Positions 57,139 through 64,000 of a stretch of 64,000 bases of DNA are shown here, in pieces. The notes beneath the pieces are model-generated. The model was not told the origin of the DNA and made no database searches. It saw only the letters and a program-made list of their open reading frames with translations. Each line of letters opens with the position of its first letter. The first letter of the stretch is position 1. This DNA comes from Macrostomum hystrix (taxonomy: Eukaryota; Animalia; Platyhelminthes). Location: positions 26,412,001 through 26,476,000 of the forward strand of contig CATNEN010000001.1 in the NCBI GenBank assembly GCA_950097015.1. Direction: 5' to 3'. Position numbers and translations under genes: made by a program.

Positions 57139-60100
57139 TCAATCATCGCTGACTTCTCCCTCCTCAGTCTCGGAGCCGACATGCTTATGTACAGCGCCGG
57201 ATTCATCACGCGGCGAAGAGTCTGCGACGGCATTATCGACGTCGTCGCCTTCAGCAGCCAGCGGCTGGTCGCATCGGGCACTCCGGCCAGGATCGGGCAG
57301 CTCAACAGCCGTCCCCGACTGACTGCCAGTCTCGTCGGGCAGCTCAACAATCTCCATGGGGTCATCTGGATATTCCTCATCGCGAGCGTCAGCTCGGCCA
57401 GTCGACGAGGGCGACGGCGAATGGGGCCACACCTGCGGCGGCGACTGGCGGCGATGGGTTGAGGAGGGTCGAGTTGGCGACGGTCGGGATCTGCGTCGCC
57501 AAGAGGATGACGACTGCTGGGGCGGCGAAGCGCGGCGATCATCCCGACGCTGATAGTGTCGATGATGATCTCGCGGTTGCCGGCCAGCGCCGGCGCGACG
57601 GTCCACCTCCACCTCAACGGCTGATGGTCGACGTGGCGGTGGACTTGGACGCTGATAGAGACGCTGCTGACGGTGCCGACTGTCGTTAGACGATGGATCG
57701 TCGGACGAGCCAGACCTGCGATAGCGATAATTACGTTGCGGCTGCTGCCGTTGCCGCTGATGCCGCCGAGGACTTGGCTGCTCCTGGCGCAGATGACGCC
57801 GCTCAGAGGGCGATAGTGATCCGCTCACGGCAGCAGCGGCAATGGATGAGTCGCCAGACTTTGTTCGCGAACGGGTGGAACCCCGCTGAGCGGCGCCGTA
57901 GTGACCGCCGCCGCGCCTGTCATCGCGTGTTCGGTCTCGCTGTCGTTCCCGATCGCGTTCGCGCGATCGAGACCTTCGACGACTGGCTGACGAGGCCGAG
58001 GCGCGCGCAGGCGGCGACGATCGGGACCGGGATCGCTGACGATGATGATCACCGGATTGACGAAGCCGACGAAACGACGAGCCGCTGATCTCACCGGTCA
58101 GCTTGGCTTTTTGCTGCTGCTGCTGCTGCTCCTGCTGCCGCTCAGAGTCGTCCCGGCTCATTCGTCTGCGTCTTCGCTCGGTTTCGCTTTCAATCTCGCG
58201 CAGTCTGGCCTCGATCTGAGCCTTCTGATGCCGCCGCTTCTCCAACTCGGCTGCCTCGGTGGCCTTCCGTCCGTTGTTGCCGGACTTATTCTTTTCTGGC
58301 TTGCCTGACTGCTGCTGCTGCTGATGTTGCGCTTCCCCTTCCGGAGGTTTGTCGACCTCGATGTCGGACAGGTCGGAGGTGTGCACCGATGACACGGTGA
58401 CATCCGAAACGTCGTTGCTGTCAAGCTGAACGCCCTGCCAGGCAAAGTTGTAATCTGAGGCAGCGGCCGCAGCTGCCACTGTTTTAGTCTCCTCAGCTGG
58501 AGGCGTCGGCGGCGTCGCTGGCAGACGCTGTCGAAGCTGCTCGGAGGATGAAATCATCATCGTCTCCTCGCTGCTGACCAAAGCCAGCTGACGAAGTTCA
58601 CCTTCCAGTCCGCCAGAGTTTTGCGCCACTGAGGCGGTCTCGATGGCACTCAGCCCAATGTCAGTGGGAGGCATGTTTTGACCGGAGACTTCCACTGAAG
58701 GAGGCGGCTGCTGCATCTGCTCTTCTTCTGGTGGCGGCGGTGGGGGCGGCGGTGGCGGTGGAGGTGGTGGCGGAGGCGGCGGTGGGGGCGGCACTTGTTC
58801 GATAGTAGCAGATTTTAGCTGCATCTGTGGTGGTGGCGGCGGAATGACAATCCCGGCGAACGCCGGCGGAGGCATCGGCGGCGGCGGAAAAAATGGGAAA
58901 ATCGGAAAACTGGGCGGCGGTGGCAGCGGTGGCGGTGGAGGCGGCGGCGGCGGAGGTGGGGGTGGCGGTGGCGGTGGCGGCGGGTGCTGAGAGCGCGGCG
59001 TGGGCAACAGCGGGCCCTGGCGCCGCATCAGGCGCAGCTCCTCGTGCGAGATGCCGGCAAAGTCGGCGATGGCGCGGTCGATGCGTGGCTGAATGTCAGC
59101 CTGTACAGCTGACTGACTGAGCAGCTGATCGAGCAAGTCGTCCAGCATCGACTGCACGGCCGGGGTGTCCAGCAGGCGACGGCGGAGGCGCTCACGGGTG
59201 GCCACCTGGTGATTTTTAGGGTGAGATTTGTAAATGGGATGACATGGCAATTAGGATCTGGGATGGATGACCTGACGATGAGGATCTGGAATGGCATGGC
59301 TATGAGGATCTGGGATGGATGGCCTGACGATGAGGATCTGGGATGGATGGCCTGACGATGAGGATCTGGGATGGATGGCCTGACGATGAGGATCTGGAAT
59401 GGAATGGCTGTGAGGATCTGGGATGGCATGGCTGTGAGGATCTGGGATGGCATGGCTATGAGGATCTGGGATGGATGGCTGTAAGGATCTGGGATGGCAT
59501 GGCTATGAGGATCTGGGATGGATGGCCTGACGATGAGGATCTGGGATGGATGGCCTGACGATGAGGATCTGGGATGGATGGCCTCACGATGAGGATCTGG
59601 GATGGATGGCCTGACGATGAGGATCTGGGATCGATGGCCTGACGATGAGGATCTGGGATTGGATGGCCTGACGATGAGGATCTGGGATGGATGGCCTGAC
59701 GATGAGGATCTGGGATGGCATGGCTGTGAAGATCTGGGATGGCCTGACGATGAGGATCTGGGATGGCCTGACGGTGAGGATCTGGAATGGCATGGCTGTG
59801 AGGATCTGGGATGGCATGGCTGTGAGGATCTGCGATGGCCTGACGACGAGGATCTGGAATGGCATGGCTGTGAGGATCTGGAATGGCATGGCTGTGAGGA
59901 TCTGGAATGGCATGGCTGTGAGGATCTGGATTGGCATGGCTATGAGGATCTGAGATGACATGGCTGTGAGGATCTGGGATTGCATGGCTGTAAGGATCTG
60001 GGATGACATGGCTATGAGGATCTATGATGGCAGTTGCATGGCTATTAACTCTGACCTTATTTAGGCCGGGCTCCCATCGGACTCGCTCCAGGTGCTTTGT

Positions 60101-60274
60101 TGTCAATGGCTTCAGCTGGTTAATCAGCCTGGAGAATGCTGACTTGGACTCCAACTTAGACGCGCAGTCGCGCCGCAGCTCATCGAACAAGCCGCTGGAC
60201 TTCACTGATTGGATAATCTCCTTGGTTAGGCGCCTGCTACCGCTATGGCCGTGACTGCTGTCAGCACTGGGCAT
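57139..60274 (-). CDS. BOD1/Shg1-domain protein with polyproline and RS-rich tail (exons 60274-60056, 59205-57139; ~761 aa)
   Basis: IIQSVKSSGLFDELRRDC..WEPGLNK|VATRERLRR..LDQLL..IQPRIDRAI fits the BOD1/COMPASS-Shg1 domain. SDVTVSSVHTSDLSD motif; phase-0 GT-AG intron. Confidence 0.8.
59230..60045. repeat. Intronic 24/28-bp composite minisatellite
   Basis: GAGGATCTGGGATGGCATGGCTGT and GAGGATCTGGGATGGATGGCCTGACGAT units fill almost all of the BOD1-like intron. Confidence 0.93.
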
Positions 60275-62249
60275 GCCTGACTGACAGGATGCGGAATGAG
60301 CCTACTGCTTTAGCTGGAGGCAGGGTTTAACGCAGGTAACTGGCTAGACTGCAAGATTGAGGTAAAGATTAATGCCAAAATATAGATATAATTTATTTAC
60401 ACATTGCTGGAATAGTCACATTGATGGCATAGAAAGAATTCGCCCCTTATATTTGGCAAACATGTGTTCTCAATGAATGACATTATGATTAAAAGATAAC
60501 TACTTGGGCTGTTTTTAATAAAACTAGGCTTCAGACCAACTTAGTTTTATCTAAACTTTGCATATAGTGAAAGCACTAAATAGCAAAATCAGTTGCTTTA
60601 CACATCTGGGCATGTTTTAACGTTAGTCTTCTAGACAAACATATAATTTTCTTATATGTATTAAAAATAAAAAACAACAAAAAACTGGATGCACTTTAGA
60701 CTGAGGGCAGATAAAGGTACAGATTTTTCAGATTTAGCAATAATAAAATAACTTATATAGCTATATATACAACTTAGTAATTTAATGTAATTGTTTTATT
60801 CTAATGTATTAATGTAACAGCATGAGATACTTAATGTCTTGTCAGTTTGTGAATATTTTAGTCACTTAATGTTGTAAATTATTTGTATTTGCATTTTTAA
60901 TGCACCCCTCCTATTCTATATTCCAGATTATATAGTGCACAGTGGAATTTTTGCAGCATGCATCTACTTTGGGCTGGTGTGCATGGCCTGCATATATTTA
61001 AAGGGGTTGGTATATACCAATCAGTGAATGGTATGCATTTGTGCATTTAAAAAAGAGATTGAATGTGCTACTTGTATATATAGATTATCATCACTTGACA
61101 GTTGTGTATTGTGTGCAATAAAATAGCAGAACAGTGTAAAACCTGTAAATACAATAGCAACATACTTTGAAATGTGTTTTATCAATCATAATGGACTTTG
61201 TATGAATAAAACAAAATGTTCTGTCAGATGTGTAAACCTTTCTGATTTCTATAAATTGGACTATAAATACCTAAAATCATACATGCGCAACACCCGGACG
61301 ACCCAGCCAAACCTGCCGGGTGAAACAAGGGCCAAGCAAGGTAAGTAAAAAAAACCAATCAACCAAGCACAAAAAAATCAAAGGGGGGACCAAGGGACAA
61401 AACGGAAGGCGTGAAGAAGAGGAAAAAGGGGAGAAAAAAATAGAGCAAATGAGAGCAAACTCATTGAGCAAAGTCGTAAATAGAGCAATGAAACAAACTA
61501 AGTCGCAACTGAGAGCAAACTAAGTCATAAATAGAGCAAAAACTAAGTCGCACGGCCGGCTAAGATTTGGGAGGTTGCACATGTATGCCTAAAATTAATT
61601 AGTTCTTACACTTTCTATTGATTTTAGTTAAATCTATATATATAAAAGTGAAAACTCTGTCTGTCTGTGTGTGTGTGTGTGTGCAACCTTTTGTCTTTAT
61701 AGACGCCGAAACCGCTCAACCAAATCGCACCAAACTTTGCACATACCTAAAACCACCTACGCTGAGTGCAATAGGCTACTCAAATTCCCGAAAAATCATT
61801 TCCTTCCTGCTCAAAAGTGCAAAAAACTGCTCAAAAATCGTCAAAAAATCACTCAATTCGACATATCGTCGCCCCACTTTGTCAGATTTTCTCCAAATTT
61901 GATCCACTTACACTTTACATGTTTTCCAACAATGCTGTCAATTTTGAACATCTCTACTCAATCCAGAGCAAAGCTGCATCATCTCAAAGTGAGTCACTTT
62001 TTGTTTTCCGAGGACAGCCACCCCAACTCCCCTCCGCCACTCTGCGGGCCAAATTTTATTACAGCCACCCCCTCCCTTCCCCGGGCGCCGAAGCCCCAGA
62101 CTGTACATTGTATTTCAAGCCGTGAATGTACACAGCCCAAACCCCTAGACTGTCTACTGGCCCCCAAGCAGCACTGAGACTGAGTGCGGTGAGTGCGGTG
62201 GCGTCCCAGTGCGCAGGGCTCTCCGGTCGATATTTCTCTCCAGCCAGCC

Positions 62250-62888
62250 TATTTCTCTCGATATGCTGACGTTGACTGGCTGTCAGAGAGGGCAATTCTG
62301 TGTCCTAGAAATGATGCCACCAACGAAATTAACTACCAACTGCTTCAGGAGTTGCCAGGTGCAGTTTTCACCTACAAGTCAATTGATACAACGTTGACTG
62401 ATGACACCGCTGTGGAGTATCCTGTTGAGTTTCTGAACTCTCTAGATCCTCCTGGAACTCCATCGCACAACTTGCAGCTGAAAGTTGGGGCACCAATTAT
62501 GCTCCTCCGCAACCTGAATGCGCCAAGGCTGTGTAACGGCACCAGACTGATAGTCAGGCGGCTCTTCCCACACGTGATTGAGGCCACGATAATGACTGGA
62601 TCTGGCAGAGGAGAGTCTGTGTTCGTTCCCCGGATTCCAATTATCCCCACGGACCTGCCATTTCAGTTCAAGCGACTGCAGTTCCCTGTGAGAGTGTGCT
62701 TTGCGATGACTATTAACAAGGCTCAGGGACAGTCGCTGAAGGTGGCTGGCATCAACCTGGAGACTCCTTGCTTCTCGCATGGGCAGCTTTATGTCGCCTG
62801 CTCCCGTGTTGGAACTCCAGCTGGCCTATTCATTTTCGCACCAAGGGGAAGAACGAAGAATGTGGTGTATCCCCAGGACTTGAGGTGA
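62250..62888 (+). pseudogene. C-terminal fragment of Helitron Pif1-like helicase
   Basis: ERAILCPRN, LKVGAPIMLLRNL, LCNGTRL, PFQFKRLQFPV, FAMTINKAQGQSL, FSHGQLYVACSRV, TKNVVY. The Rep domain and Walker A are absent. Confidence 0.9.
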
Positions 62889-63040
62889 CTCGCAAGCAAT
62901 TAATAGAAAAGTAGTCACGAATTGACCTTGACCTGTCTAACTCTGAACTCTGAAACAGTTTAATTTTGTTTCTTTGACATTGTTATTGTTATGCCATGGC
63001 TATTTTCCTTATGTATACGCGTGTACATGCATACTGTATA

Positions 63041-63314
63041 CAGAGGCAGATTTAGGGGGGGGGCGGGGGGGCAGTCGCCCCCCTAAATTTTAATCATGGG
63101 AATAAGATGCCCCCACCAGGGGCGCCAGTCGCAGCACTGGCGCTCCTTTTCGGCCGCTGGCGCCCCTTTTTCAGCCGCTGGCTCCCGTTTTTCAGCCACT
63201 GGCGCCCTTTCTTGGCTCCTGGCGCCCTTTTTCGGCCGCTGGCACCCCCTCTGTGATTCTCATGGCGCTCCCCTGACAGACCGCCCCAAAACAAAATTCC
63301 TGGATCTGCCACTG
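63041..63314. mobile_element. hAT-type MITE nested in the Helitron
   Basis: 8-bp TSD ACTGTATA (63033-63040 and 63315-63322); TIRs CAGAGGCAGATTTAGG and CAGTGGCAGATCCAGG; internal ~21-bp repeats. Confidence 0.85.
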
Positions 63315-64000
63315 ACTGTATAGAGGAGTGGCTAAGAGACATGTTTCTAAAGAAGTAATCAAGAGGGGGCTGTTTGGACAAACTTTTCACTTATTTTTTA
63401 CTTAAAACGCCCTTAAACAAACTCTTCACTTTTCATTAATGCAGTAAATAAATAAATGGTGACCTTCACTATAAAGTTAATACAGAGACGTGAATTGCTT
63501 ACTGCTTTGCTTTAAATTTCTGCCCCAAAAACAACGGGCAAAAAAAGCTAGTACTATATACAAACAACTTTGATATTTATAATTGAAACATAATGTTATG
63601 TAGGCCCTAGATTACAAATTAGAATAATCAGTTTTGTTGTTATCTAAATGTTTTTGCATGCCACACCAAAGTGCAGTGGCATGCAATTAAAAAATCTGAC
63701 TAGACCTAACATTTGTTTGCAAATCCAATTAAAAAGTTTCACACGATAAATTTCTGGTATGTACCCCAACATGATCTAGACAATGCCAATAATGGCTTTC
63801 ATTCATGGAATTAGAAACATGTTTACTGCTTTAAAATTATTGATTTTACTTCTGAATCTAAAAAATTACAATAATGTCACATCAACTTGAATCAATCACA
63901 CTACAAAAAAAACAGTCTAAAAATGTTGTGGACAGCAGAATTAGCACATATCAATAATTATCAAATACAAACTTTTTTGAATTAAAAAGAATTGAAAAAA

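Larger units (their letters stand above)
61633..63551 (+). mobile_element. Internally deleted Helitron
   Basis: 5' TCTATATATATAAAAG start; 3' hairpin TGCCC-n10-GGGCA followed by CTAG; inserted between A (61632) and T (63552); carries a Pif1 fragment. Confidence 0.85.

Noticed and set aside
59250-60055. PDPHSHAI repeats as part of the BOD1-like protein
   Set aside because: They lie in a GT-AG intron whose removal restores the contiguous BOD1 domain.
62193-62888. Cellular PIF1 gene
   Set aside because: Only the C-terminal motifs are present, there is no ATG start, and it is enclosed by Helitron termini.

Overview
Eukaryotic animal DNA with GT-AG introns, SINEs, Helitron/MITE debris and many minisatellites. 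It is most likely a Macrostomum-type flatworm: 16659-16698 matches the M. lignano spliced-leader (SL) exon as I recall it. The window has two parts. (1) Bases ~2-43 kb hold a tandem array of about ten intronless paralogs encoding secreted proteins with signal peptide + 6-Cys PAN/Apple domain + Ser/Thr linker + ConA/LamG (pentraxin-like) domain. Six are intact, one is PAN-only, one has a single in-frame TAG, one inverted copy has three -1 frameshifts, and one SINE-interrupted pseudogene is absent from the ORF track; smaller remnants also occur. (2) Bases ~46-60 kb hold two small Cys-rich membrane-protein genes on the plus strand, then a tight minus-strand run BOD1-like > COX8-like > STK16 (intronic antisense tRNA-Gly) > THG1. 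This run looks like a trans-spliced operon. The THG1 coding exon starts at a splice acceptor exactly at codon 2 (ag|GCC AAG AGT = AKSKFEY), suggesting its start AUG is donated by the flatworm SL. A non-autonomous Helitron with a Pif1 fragment ends the window. All calls were made by eye; no searches were run.
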